DNA of 64,000 nucleotides. Source: an uncultured Sangeribacter sp. Its GTDB lineage: Bacteria > Bacteroidota > Bacteroidia > Bacteroidales > Muribaculaceae. This document shows positions 27,677-37,143 of the stretch, piece by piece (positions within the stretch are counted from its first letter, which is position 1; the number at the start of each line of letters is the position of its first letter). The stretch lies in NCBI GenBank assembly GCA_964421525.1, contig CAYQXG010000002.1, positions 367-64,366 of the forward strand, given 5' to 3'. The notes below the pieces were generated by a model. That model searched no databases, was not told where the DNA came from, and saw only the letters and a list, made by a program, of their open reading frames with translations. A program made the position numbers and the translations under genes.

Positions 27677-28465
27677 ATGGGAAAAGATCAGACAGTTCTG
27701 TTTCATTCTACGGTTTTCGGGCCGATACATAGCCGTAGACTGGGTGTTTCATTGGGCGTCAATCTCATGCCAGACGATGGGAAAGTTTGTTCGTTTGATT
27801 GCCTCTACTGTGAGGCGGGTTTCAATGCTCAGGGTAAAGGCACTACGGGTCTTCCGGTTCGGGAGCAGGTTTACAGGCAACTTGAGACCAAACTTTCCTC
27901 GATGAAGGAGAATGGTGATCATCTTGATGTGATCACATTTTCAGGAAACGGTGAACCGACACTTCATCCTGATTTCCCTCATATCATAGACGATACACTT
28001 GCCCTCCGTGACTGCTATTATCCTGATGCGAAAGTGTCTGTTCTAACTAATTCCACGATGATATTCAACAAGGATGTCGCGGATGCCTTAAAAAAGGTTG
28101 ACAACAATATCCTTAAGCTTGATTCCGCTATAGAAAGCACCATGCGTTTGATTGACCGACCTAATTCAAAAGGGTTTACGGTTGAGAATGTGATCAAAGG
28201 ACTTAAACAGTTTGAAGAAACCGGTATTATTCAGACCATGATGCTAAGAGGAGAACATGACGGGGTAACAGTAGATAATACCACAGATGAGGAGATAGAA
28301 GCGCTTATAGATGCTTACAAGGCAATAAAGCCTCGCGAGATAATGCTATATAGCCTTGACCGCTCCACCCCTGAGGAAAGGCTTGTAAAGGTGGAAAAGG
28401 ATGAGCTGGAGATGATCGGAGATCGGATCGCTTCTGAAACTGGGATTAAGGTTCAGGTGAATTAG
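27677..28465 (+). CDS. Radical SAM protein (TYW1-related, function unknown)
   Basis: FGPIHSRRLGVSLG, CSFDCLYC, SGNGEPTL; ATG lies downstream of the promoter. Confidence 0.88.
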   Translation: MGKDQTVLFHSTVFGPIHSRRLGVSLGVNLMPDDGKVCSFDCLYCEAGFNAQGKGTTGLPVREQVYRQLETKLSSMKENGDHLDVITFSGNGEPTLHPDFPHIIDDTLALRDCYYPDAKVSVLTNSTMIFNKDVADALKKVDNNILKLDSAIESTMRLIDRPNSKGFTVENVIKGLKQFEETGIIQTMMLRGEHDGVTVDNTTDEEIEALIDAYKAIKPREIMLYSLDRSTPEERLVKVEKDELEMIGDRIASETGIKVQVN

Positions 28466-28566
28466 GGGGATAACGACAGAGTGTTAGCCGGATCCAATGC
28501 GACAATAATCCAAATTTACCAAATAAGCTCAATGTAAGCAATAGAGGATTTAAGCTGATTATCTTT

Positions 28567-29523
28567 ATGAGAGAAATTGTAATTCCTCCGGAGGTGCGGA
28601 AACAAGGTAAGGTGGCTTTGGTAGGACCTGCCACGAGGATCAAGCCGGAGATAGTGGCGGAACTTGTGAAACTTAACCTGGAATGTCCCGAGGAGTTTCC
28701 AGGTTCTGAATTGATTGTATATCCTTCGGCTTTAGATGAGTATGCGTGCGGAAGTTATGCTGCTTCACTTGCTCAACGAGTGGCTGATTTCAAAGACGCA
28801 TGGAGCCGGGATGACGTAGACTTGGTGATATGCGCGAGGGGTGGTTATGGATGTGTTCAATTGCTTGATTACCTTACTGTTGATTTTATTAAAGCTCATC
28901 CGAAATGGCTTGTTGGTTTTTCGGATGTTTCGGCTCTTCATGCGTTGATGCTGAAGTGCGGGATTGCCTCTATACATGGGGGGATGGCAAAGCAACTGGT
29001 TGAGGATACGGATGCAGGATACGGTGGATATAGGAAAGTCTTCAAGCATCTGGTGGAGTCATCTGCTCCTAAGATTGAATATAAAGTTGCGCCGCATGAG
29101 TATAACATTTATGGTGAGAGCCATGGAATATTGCTTGGAGGCAACTTCGCTGTGCTTAACGGACTTGGCGGTACTCCTTATGATATTATGAAAGAAAGTC
29201 TGAATAGGGATGTCATTCTTTTTCTTGAGGACGTTTCGGAACCGATCTATGCCGTTGAACGGATGCTTTACCGTCTGCATCTTCAGGGAGTGCTTGGAGC
29301 GGTGAAAGGAATTTTATTTGGTCAGTTCACAGATTGGAAAAGTGACAGAAATCATGATACGATGTATGATATGATTAAGTCATGGCTCACGGAATGGGGA
29401 ATCAGCTGCCCTGTTGCTTTTGATTTTCCTGTTGGACATAATGAACGAAATGTTCCGTTGATAGAGGGAGGTAGGGCAAGTGTGAAGATCAATGCATCCG
29501 GTGTAAAATTTTCGCAATTTTAA
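28567..29523 (+). CDS. LD-carboxypeptidase (S66)
   Basis: RGGYG, GFSDVSAL, GGN, FLEDV, PVGH. Confidence 0.9.
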   Translation: MREIVIPPEVRKQGKVALVGPATRIKPEIVAELVKLNLECPEEFPGSELIVYPSALDEYACGSYAASLAQRVADFKDAWSRDDVDLVICARGGYGCVQLLDYLTVDFIKAHPKWLVGFSDVSALHALMLKCGIASIHGGMAKQLVEDTDAGYGGYRKVFKHLVESSAPKIEYKVAPHEYNIYGESHGILLGGNFAVLNGLGGTPYDIMKESLNRDVILFLEDVSEPIYAVERMLYRLHLQGVLGAVKGILFGQFTDWKSDRNHDTMYDMIKSWLTEWGISCPVAFDFPVGHNERNVPLIEGGRASVKINASGVKFSQF

Positions 29524-29746
29524 GCTTTAAGCATTGGATTTTTGCCGAGGGACGTACATGTTCTCAGTAATTTTGGATTGTCGGGGCTTTAATTTAGTGT
29601 TATATGAGGTGCAATAAATTGATTGTCAATAACTAATTAGTATTTGCATATTTTCATCAAATGAAGAAAAATAGATAAAATAATAAGGTAATTGAATAGG
29701 TTGAAGGATTTTTGAAGAAATGTGTGATAAATTCGTGAGAATTTGT

Positions 29747-29754
29747 TATATTTG
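29747..29754 (+). promoter_or_regulatory. sigmaA -7 box upstream of ybeY
   Basis: TATATTTG. Confidence 0.55.
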
Positions 29755-29890
29755 CAATCGAAGCAGGTCTTCGTGTTGTCCGGTTCCCAATTCCGTTTTG
29801 ATGTTTTCGGGCAAATGATTGTGTTGAGTTCCGATTTTGGAATTAGACAGATAGGACGAATGGTTATGATAGAGAAAGAATGATAAGAAT

Positions 29891-30310
29891 ATGATAGAAT
29901 TTACATTGCAAGGAGTCAGTATGCCCGACATTGATATGCGGCGCGTATCGGCGTGGATAGAACAGGTGGCATCGTCTCATTCCCGAATAGTGGGAAATCT
30001 TAATTATCTCTTTGTGGATGATGATGCGATATTGATTGCCAACCGTCAATTCGTGAATCATGATTATTATACAGATATTATAACCTTTGACTATTCGAGA
30101 GGAAACAAGATTGGTGGGGACATTATGATCTCGGTAGATACAGTTGCCACGAATGCCGAAAAATTCGGAGTTCCCTATTCGAGAGAGTTGCTTAGGGTCA
30201 TAATTCATGGAGTGCTTCATCTCGTGGGTATCAACGACAAAGGTCCCGGTGAAAGAGAGATAATGGAACAAGCTGAGAATGAGGCTCTTCGAATTTGGGA
30301 TGAAATCTAA
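29891..30310 (+). CDS. ybeY: rRNA maturation RNase YbeY
   Basis: TDIITF, GDIMIS, HGVLHLVG motifs. Confidence 0.95.
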   Translation: MIEFTLQGVSMPDIDMRRVSAWIEQVASSHSRIVGNLNYLFVDDDAILIANRQFVNHDYYTDIITFDYSRGNKIGGDIMISVDTVATNAEKFGVPYSRELLRVIIHGVLHLVGINDKGPGEREIMEQAENEALRIWDEI

Positions 30311-30433
30311 TTAATATCGTGTTTAATTTGATCAGCTAAGAAATTGCGATAAAGCATAGGATGTTTTGGAAAATAAGGAGATTGATGTAATTGAAGGAAT
30401 CAGAAGAGTATTTTATATTAGAGCATAGAAATC

Positions 30434-32365
30434 ATGCGATTTGAATATGATGTGATAGTGGTCGGCGCAGGGCATGCCGGATGTGAGGCAGCAGTTGCGT
30501 CTGCACGATTAGGATGCAGTACACTACTTATTACAGCGGATATGAACCGCGTTGCACAGATGTCGTGTAATCCGGCCGTCGGTGGTATAGCGAAGGGCCA
30601 GATAGTGCGAGAAATCGATGCATTGGGGGGAATGATGGGCATAATAGCAGACAAGACAGCAATCCAGTTCCGCATGCTCAACAGGAGCAAGGGCCCGGCA
30701 GTTTGGTCGCCACGAGTGCAGTCTGACCGCACGAGATTTATTGATGAGTGGCGCAAGACTCTCGACGAAACAGAAAATCTATTCCTCTTTCAAGATATGG
30801 TTGTCAAGCTACTATTTGAATCAGCGGAAGAGGGTAGTGGTAAGCAAAAGGTCTGCGGAGTAGAGACAGCTCTTGGAATCACTTTCAAATCGAAAAAGAC
30901 AATCCTGACAGCCGGCACATTTCTAAATGGGTTGATGCATTTCGGCCGTACGCAGATTGAGGGAGGCCGGATTTCAGAAGCATCATCGCATGGACTTTCC
31001 GATCAGTTGCGGGAAATAGGTGTCAATGTAGGCAGGATGAAGACTGGGACACCGGCAAGAATTGACGGTGGCACCATAGATTATGATTTTGTCACTGTCC
31101 AGTCGGGAGATGATGAGATTTTGTTTGATGGAAGTGTCAAGAGAGACTTTCATAAATTTTCCTATCTTCCGAATGTGAAACGAGAATTGCAACCGCGAGA
31201 CTGCTATATCGTGCATACAAGTCCGGAGGTTCATAAGACACTACATGATAATCTTGCAGATTCTCCTTTATATAATGGACAGATAAAAAGCATAGGTCCG
31301 CGTTATTGTCCGTCGATAGAGACGAAGATAGTGACGTTTGCTGACAAGGATAGCCATCAGTTATTTCTTGAACCGGAAGGAGTGAACACACATGAATTCT
31401 ATATAAATGGTTTTTCGAGTTCCCTGCCTTGGCAAGTACAGGTGGAGGCATTGACAAAGATTCCGGCGTTGAAGAATGTTCAATTCTATCGACCCGGTTA
31501 CGCCATAGAGTATGACTTCTTTGATCCAACCCAGTTGTTTCACTCGCTTGAGTCTAAATTGGCGGGGAATCTATATTTGGCGGGTCAGGTAAATGGTACA
31601 ACCGGCTATGAGGAGGCAGGAGCGCAGGGTCTTATTGCCGGTATCAATGCCGCACGATCCGCCCAAGGACTCGAACCTGTGATATTGGGGAGAGACCAGG
31701 CCTATATCGGAGTTCTGATTGACGATCTTGTAACCAAAGGCGTTGATGAGCCATACCGTATGTTTACGAGTCGTGCGGAATTCCGCATCCTACTACGTCA
31801 GGATGACGCAGATTTGCGTCTTACTCCTCTTGGACATGAAATAGGACTTGCGTCTGAATTCCGATATGAGAAAATGCAGTCGAAATATTCGGAGCGAGCA
31901 TCGCTTGTGGAGTGGTGTGAGAATACCTCTGTAAGACCTTCAGATGAACTTCAGGATTATCTTGAGGCAGTCGGCACCGGGAGACTTACAGGACGCGTGA
32001 AAATAGCCGATTTGCTACGTCGCCCTCAACTGAATTTCGAGAAACTGCTACCGATGCTTCCTGAACTCAGAAGCCGTTGCGAGGAAGTGGAAGCGGAGAG
32101 GAGAGATGAAATCATTGAGTCAGCCGAGATACTTATCAAGTATCAGGGATATATAGACAGGGAACGGGAGTCAGCTGAAAGGATGAAAAGGTTGGAGAAA
32201 GTTAAGATTCCGGACGCGATGAATTTTGAAGATCTGTCTGCTCTCTCTACCGAGGCCCGTCAGAAACTCACACGGATCCGTCCGGCAACGATAGGGCAAG
32301 CTTCGAGAATTCCCGGAGTGTCTCCTTCGGATATCAATGTCCTGCTTGTGTTGCTTAGGAATTAG
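30434..32365 (+). CDS. mnmG: tRNA U34 modification enzyme MnmG (GidA)
   Basis: GAGHAGCEAA, MSCNPAVGG, GPRYCPSIE, GQVNGTTGYEEA. Confidence 0.97.
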   Translation: MRFEYDVIVVGAGHAGCEAAVASARLGCSTLLITADMNRVAQMSCNPAVGGIAKGQIVREIDALGGMMGIIADKTAIQFRMLNRSKGPAVWSPRVQSDRTRFIDEWRKTLDETENLFLFQDMVVKLLFESAEEGSGKQKVCGVETALGITFKSKKTILTAGTFLNGLMHFGRTQIEGGRISEASSHGLSDQLREIGVNVGRMKTGTPARIDGGTIDYDFVTVQSGDDEILFDGSVKRDFHKFSYLPNVKRELQPRDCYIVHTSPEVHKTLHDNLADSPLYNGQIKSIGPRYCPSIETKIVTFADKDSHQLFLEPEGVNTHEFYINGFSSSLPWQVQVEALTKIPALKNVQFYRPGYAIEYDFFDPTQLFHSLESKLAGNLYLAGQVNGTTGYEEAGAQGLIAGINAARSAQGLEPVILGRDQAYIGVLIDDLVTKGVDEPYRMFTSRAEFRILLRQDDADLRLTPLGHEIGLASEFRYEKMQSKYSERASLVEWCENTSVRPSDELQDYLEAVGTGRLTGRVKIADLLRRPQLNFEKLLPMLPELRSRCEEVEAERRDEIIESAEILIKYQGYIDRERESAERMKRLEKVKIPDAMNFEDLSALSTEARQKLTRIRPATIGQASRIPGVSPSDINVLLVLLRN

Positions 32366-32387
32366 GCGGCATTTTAGTTCAAGATCC

Positions 32388-32443
32388 AATGAGACTAATG
32401 AGGCAAATGGTGTTGATGTGGTGTTGATGAGGTCTATGAGGTG
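32388..32443 (+). repeat. Degenerate 9-mer tandem repeat after mnmG
   Basis: AATGAGACT AATGAGGCA AATGGTGTT GATGTGGTGTT GATGAGGTC TATGAGGTG. Confidence 0.6.
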
Positions 32444-32485
32444 ACTTAGAATAAATGATTGAAAAAGGGTGTGTTATAAGACAAA

Positions 32486-32501
32486 TGTTTCACGTGAAAC
32501 A
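32486..32501. promoter_or_regulatory. parS centromere-like site
   Basis: Exact TGTTTCACGTGAAACA within a 22-bp palindrome (32483-32504). Confidence 0.93.
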
Positions 32502-32602
32502 TTTAGGCCGATTGGGAAAGGGTAGAAATTATGGGGTGAATGAAGAGTAAAAATTGCGATTTAATCGAAAAATTTGAAATTATTAATTAACAAATAAGAA
32601 AA

Positions 32603-33127
32603 ATGAAGATTGAAGAATTGAAGGGTCTCATCAGGGATGTGCCTGATTTCCCATCGGTGGGGACTATTTTTAGAGATTTGACAACTATGATAAAGGATGG
32701 AGCGGCTCTGAAGGTTACAGGAGATGCCCTTGCGGATCTATATAAAGATAAGGGCGTGACTAAAGTCGTGGGTATTGAATCACGCGGATTCATCGGAGGA
32801 TCTATACTTGCAGATCGTCTTGGAGCAGGCTTTGTGCCGGCACGTAAGCCGGGAAAACTTCCTTCTGTGACAGTGAAGGCATCTTACGCAAAGGAATATG
32901 GTGTTGACACCATCGAGTTGCACAGTGATGCTATCACATCTGATGATGTAGTGGTGATTCATGACGATCTGCTTGCTACCGGCGGAACCATGAACGCATG
33001 TTGCCAGCTTGTAAAGTCGATGAATCCGAAAAAAATCTATGTTAACTTTATTGTAGAACTTACAGAACTAAACGGTCGGGATCATCTTCCAAAGGACGTG
33101 GAGGTGACATCGTTGTTTAAGTATTGA
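32603..33127 (+). CDS. apt: Adenine phosphoribosyltransferase
   Basis: PDFP..G..FRDLT, ESRGF, RKPGKLP, DDLLATGGT. Confidence 0.96.
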   Translation: MKIEELKGLIRDVPDFPSVGTIFRDLTTMIKDGAALKVTGDALADLYKDKGVTKVVGIESRGFIGGSILADRLGAGFVPARKPGKLPSVTVKASYAKEYGVDTIELHSDAITSDDVVVIHDDLLATGGTMNACCQLVKSMNPKKIYVNFIVELTELNGRDHLPKDVEVTSLFKY

Positions 33128-33237
33128 GGTTGGTCATTTCTCGTTTCCCGCAATCTATTTCCTGTTTTCGGTTGGCGGGAAGCTAATTGGGGAGATGTAG
33201 GATAGATGACAGAGGAGAGAGGCAAAATAAGAAGATA

Positions 33238-35151
33238 ATGGCTGAAGAGCATTTGCTGGCAGGAGCCGGCAGAGACATAAATGAGCATGGCGGCTTCAAT
33301 CTTGAGATATCATCGGACAGAACGCCCGATGATATACGCCATAACCGACCGGGGGAGAAGCTTCGTGAGAAGATTCTCTCCTTGCCGGACTTGCCCGGAG
33401 TCTACATGTATCTCGACAATACGGGCACTGTGATTTATGTGGGGAAAGCGAAGCGACTAAAGCGAAGGGTTTCTTCATATTTTAACCGGCAGCATGAAAT
33501 CAGAAGAACTAATCTTCTCGTAAGGTCGATAGTGGACATGCGATTCATTGTGGTTCACTCCGAGGAGGATGCCCTTCATCTGGAGAGCGCGATGATCAAG
33601 GAATACCAGCCTCGCTATAACGTACTGCTAAAGGATGACAAGTCATATCCTTGGATAGTGGTGACCAAAGAGGAATTTCCACGGGTGTTCATGACGCGGG
33701 AAAAGGGTCTCGGCGCAAAATACTACGGGCCCTATTCAAATGTGCAGTCGGCGAAGGTAGTGCTTCAGCTTATCAGAGATATTTTCCCTTTACGCAGCTG
33801 TCGCCATTCGCTCGATGAAAAGGGAATTGCCAGGGGTAAGTATTCTCTTTGTCTCGACTATCACATCAAGAAATGCGGCGGCCCATGCAGGGGATTCATC
33901 AACCGTGACCAATATGATGAATATGTGAAGAGAGTACGCGCCATCTTAAGGGGAGAAACCGTAGAGCTTGAGAAATATCTTCTTGGAGAAATGGAGCGTC
34001 TTAGTGAGGAGTGGAAATTTGAACAGGCTCAGGAGGTGAAGGAGAAATATGAGGCTGTGAAGCGCTATAATATCAAAAGCATCGTTGCCAAGACCGAGGC
34101 TGCCGACCTTGATATATTCGGCTTTGTGGCGAGCGACGATGAAGATGATGCGGTGATCAACTTCATGCATCTCCATAACGGTGCGGTTATTCAGAGCATC
34201 AATCTTGAATACAAGAGATGTTCGGCATCATCAAAAGAGGAACTACTTTCGATGGCAATAGCAGAAGTGGAACGCAGGTTCGAGCGGAAATTTTCCGATG
34301 TAATCGTACCTTTTCTGCCCGACGTGGAATTCGGTGATATTAAGTTTACGATTCCTCAGCGAGGCGATCTTAAGAAGGTGCTTGAGGTGGCCATAAAGAA
34401 TGCTACGCAATATCTGAAAGATAAGGAGAAGCAGGCAGAGGCACTTGACCCGGAGAGGAGTGTCGAGAAACTTATGGAAACGATGAAGAAAGATTTTCAC
34501 CTTGAAGTGCAGCCAAGACATATAGAATGTTTCGACAACTCGAATATACAGGGTACAAACCCCGTGGCAAGTTGCGTGGTTTTTAAAAACGGAAAGCCGT
34601 CGAAAAAAGATTATCGCCATTTCATAATCAAGACCGTAGTAGGTGCGGATGACTTTGCTTCGATGAAAGAGGTGCTTCACCGTCGCTATACACGAATGAT
34701 GGCTGAAGGAGAAAAATTGCCCGACATGGTAGTTGTGGATGGGGGCAAGGGGCAGTTGAGTGCAGCTGTGGAAGCTTTCGATGAGATGGGCATAAGGGGA
34801 GAGGTGGCTCTGGTGGGTATAGCAAAGAGACTTGAAGAGATATATTTCCCCGGAGATTCGCTACCTCTCTACATCAACAAGACAAGCCCAAGCCTGAGAG
34901 TTATCCAAGCCATGCGCGACGAAGCACACCGTTTTGGTATAACTCATCATCGCGACAGACGTTCAAAAGGGCAGACAGTGAGCGAACTTGACAGTATCAA
35001 AGGTATTGGCCCGGCTACTAAGACATTGCTAATCAAAAGTTTTAAAAGTGTGAAACGTATTAAGGAAGCTACCCTTGACGATTTGATTACAGTAGTGGGA
35101 AAATCTAAAGGGGGAATTATATATTCGCATTTTCATCAGACAGATGCGTAG
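33238..35151 (+). CDS. uvrC: Excinuclease ABC subunit C
   Basis: PGVY..YVGKAK GIY-YIG domain, IECFDNS, DGGKGQL, HhH GIGP. Start uncertain. Confidence 0.95.
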   Translation: MAEEHLLAGAGRDINEHGGFNLEISSDRTPDDIRHNRPGEKLREKILSLPDLPGVYMYLDNTGTVIYVGKAKRLKRRVSSYFNRQHEIRRTNLLVRSIVDMRFIVVHSEEDALHLESAMIKEYQPRYNVLLKDDKSYPWIVVTKEEFPRVFMTREKGLGAKYYGPYSNVQSAKVVLQLIRDIFPLRSCRHSLDEKGIARGKYSLCLDYHIKKCGGPCRGFINRDQYDEYVKRVRAILRGETVELEKYLLGEMERLSEEWKFEQAQEVKEKYEAVKRYNIKSIVAKTEAADLDIFGFVASDDEDDAVINFMHLHNGAVIQSINLEYKRCSASSKEELLSMAIAEVERRFERKFSDVIVPFLPDVEFGDIKFTIPQRGDLKKVLEVAIKNATQYLKDKEKQAEALDPERSVEKLMETMKKDFHLEVQPRHIECFDNSNIQGTNPVASCVVFKNGKPSKKDYRHFIIKTVVGADDFASMKEVLHRRYTRMMAEGEKLPDMVVVDGGKGQLSAAVEAFDEMGIRGEVALVGIAKRLEEIYFPGDSLPLYINKTSPSLRVIQAMRDEAHRFGITHHRDRRSKGQTVSELDSIKGIGPATKTLLIKSFKSVKRIKEATLDDLITVVGKSKGGIIYSHFHQTDA

Positions 35152-35170
35152 GAATACGGAAAATTATTAT

Positions 35171-35178
35171 TAACTTTG
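35171..35178 (+). promoter_or_regulatory. sigmaA -7 box for glsB operon
   Basis: TAACTTTG 56 nt upstream of the ATG. Confidence 0.6.
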
Positions 35179-35234
35179 CAAAATGGGAGGGACTTTGGGA
35201 ACGAAAAGCAAGAGAAAAGACAGAAATAAAAAGT

Positions 35235-36173
35235 ATGGAGCCCATAATAGAACCAGTGGATAGAGCTTCGATAGAGAGCGAATTGACTCCAGAACGTTTT
35301 CTACGGCACACGAATAAAGGCGACAATCATCTATATGTTGTCGATGCTCACTGTGCACCCCACACCATGCGTGAGATAGGCAGGCTTCGTGAATTGGCAT
35401 TCCGGCAGGCAGGCGGGGGGACAGGCAAAGGTTGCGACATCGATGAGTTTGACACCATGCAGAATCCATGTCAGCAGTTGATAGTTTGGGATCCGGAGGC
35501 ACGGGAAATTCTCGGCGGCTACCGATTCATAACCGGTGACAAGATATCTGTGATAGATGGCGTGCCCAGGATAGCAACGTCTCATCTCTTCAATTTTTCA
35601 GAAAAATTTCTTAGGGAAATCTTACCCGATACGCTTGAACTCGGACGGTCGTTTGTTTCTGTCGGCTACCAGAGCAGCAAGGCCGGAGCAAAGGCGCTTT
35701 TTGCCCTTGACAATCTATGGGACGGGCTCGGAGCGCTTACAGTGGTCTATCCTCATATAAAATATCTGTTCGGTAAGGTGACGATGTATCCGGCATTCGG
35801 ACGAAGAAACCTTGACCTGATCCTTGGATTTCTTAACAAGCATTTTCCTGATCCCGATGGTCTGGTCAGTCCGATCAGGCCAATAGAGACCAAGGCGATG
35901 TCGGCAGAAATACAGGATGAACTATCAGGCTCAACCTATAAAGAAGACTACAAGATTCTAAATAGACTGATCAGGGAGCAGGGGCTCAATATCCCACCGC
36001 TGGTTAATGCATATATGAGTCTATCGCCGACGATGCGCATGTTTGGCACAGCAGTGAACTCCGAGTTCGGAGAGGTTGAGGAGAGTGGAATATTCCTCAC
36101 TATATCTGAAATAGTAGATGAGAAAAAGGAAAGACATATAGAAACGTATAAGGAGGAAATCGGAAATGAATAA
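35235..36173 (+). CDS. glsB: Glycine-lipid N-acyltransferase (GlsB/ChoA, OlsB-like GNAT)
   Basis: MREIGRLRELAFR.AGGGTG..DIDEFD, LGGYR, ELGRSFV, ALDNLWDGLG, IPPLVNAY, as recalled for Bacteroides GlsB/ChoA. Confidence 0.8.
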   Translation: MEPIIEPVDRASIESELTPERFLRHTNKGDNHLYVVDAHCAPHTMREIGRLRELAFRQAGGGTGKGCDIDEFDTMQNPCQQLIVWDPEAREILGGYRFITGDKISVIDGVPRIATSHLFNFSEKFLREILPDTLELGRSFVSVGYQSSKAGAKALFALDNLWDGLGALTVVYPHIKYLFGKVTMYPAFGRRNLDLILGFLNKHFPDPDGLVSPIRPIETKAMSAEIQDELSGSTYKEDYKILNRLIREQGLNIPPLVNAYMSLSPTMRMFGTAVNSEFGEVEESGIFLTISEIVDEKKERHIETYKEEIGNE

Positions 36174-37143
36174 GGTACTGGTGACCGGGGCAGACGGTTT
36201 TATAGGCTCCCATCTGACAGAGGCGCTCCTTTCAGCAGGATGCGAAGTCCGGGCTCTTGCACAATACAATTCCTTCAACAACTGGGGATGGCTTGAAGAT
36301 GTGCATCATCCGGGACTTGAGGTTGTGACGGGCGATGTCCGCGACCCCAATTATTGCCGGCATATCGTGAAAGGTGTCGACACTGTGTTTCACCTTGCAG
36401 CCCTCATTGCGATTCCCTACAGTTATGTGGCACCGGATTCGTATATAGACACGAATGTGAAGGGAACTCTCAATATTTGCCAGGCAGTCAGGGATGAAGG
36501 AATAGGGCGGCTGTTGGTGACCTCCACCTCAGAGGTGTATGGAACGGCCCGTTATGTTCCGATAGATGAAAACCATCCAAAGCAACCGCAGTCGCCATAT
36601 TCGGCCTCGAAAATAGGGGCAGATGCAATAGCGATGAGTTTTCACAACGCCTTTGAGACTCCGGTGACCATAGTCAGGCCATTCAACACTTATGGTCCGC
36701 GACAATCTGCACGAGCCATCATTCCCACTATCATCACCCAGATAGCATCGGGTATGAGGGAAATAAAAGTCGGAGATCTTACACCGACAAGAGATTTCAA
36801 CTTTGTTGAAGACACTGCCGCAGGATTCATAGCACTTGCCAAGTGTGAAGATGCCATAGGCAAGGAAGTGAACATAGCGACAGGAAAAGAGGTTACTATG
36901 GCGGAGACATTGCAGACAATAGCAAGGTTGATGGATGCAGATGTGGAATGGGTTACAGATCCCCAGCGTCTGCGTCCAAGCGGAAGCGAAGTATTCCGGC
37001 TTCTGGGCGACAACCGTCTGATCACTTCATTGACTGGTTGGCGTCCTCGTTTCAGTCTTGAAGAAGGGCTAAGGAAGACAATCGGATGGTTTACGGATGC
37101 GTCAAATCTAAAGAAATACAAATCAGGAATCTATAATATATGA
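36166..37143 (+). CDS. NAD-dependent sugar 4,6-dehydratase (LegB-like)
   Basis: GADGFIGSHL, LAALIAIPYSY, STSEVYG, YSASK. Confidence 0.87.
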   Translation: MNKVLVTGADGFIGSHLTEALLSAGCEVRALAQYNSFNNWGWLEDVHHPGLEVVTGDVRDPNYCRHIVKGVDTVFHLAALIAIPYSYVAPDSYIDTNVKGTLNICQAVRDEGIGRLLVTSTSEVYGTARYVPIDENHPKQPQSPYSASKIGADAIAMSFHNAFETPVTIVRPFNTYGPRQSARAIIPTIITQIASGMREIKVGDLTPTRDFNFVEDTAAGFIALAKCEDAIGKEVNIATGKEVTMAETLQTIARLMDADVEWVTDPQRLRPSGSEVFRLLGDNRLITSLTGWRPRFSLEEGLRKTIGWFTDASNLKKYKSGIYNI

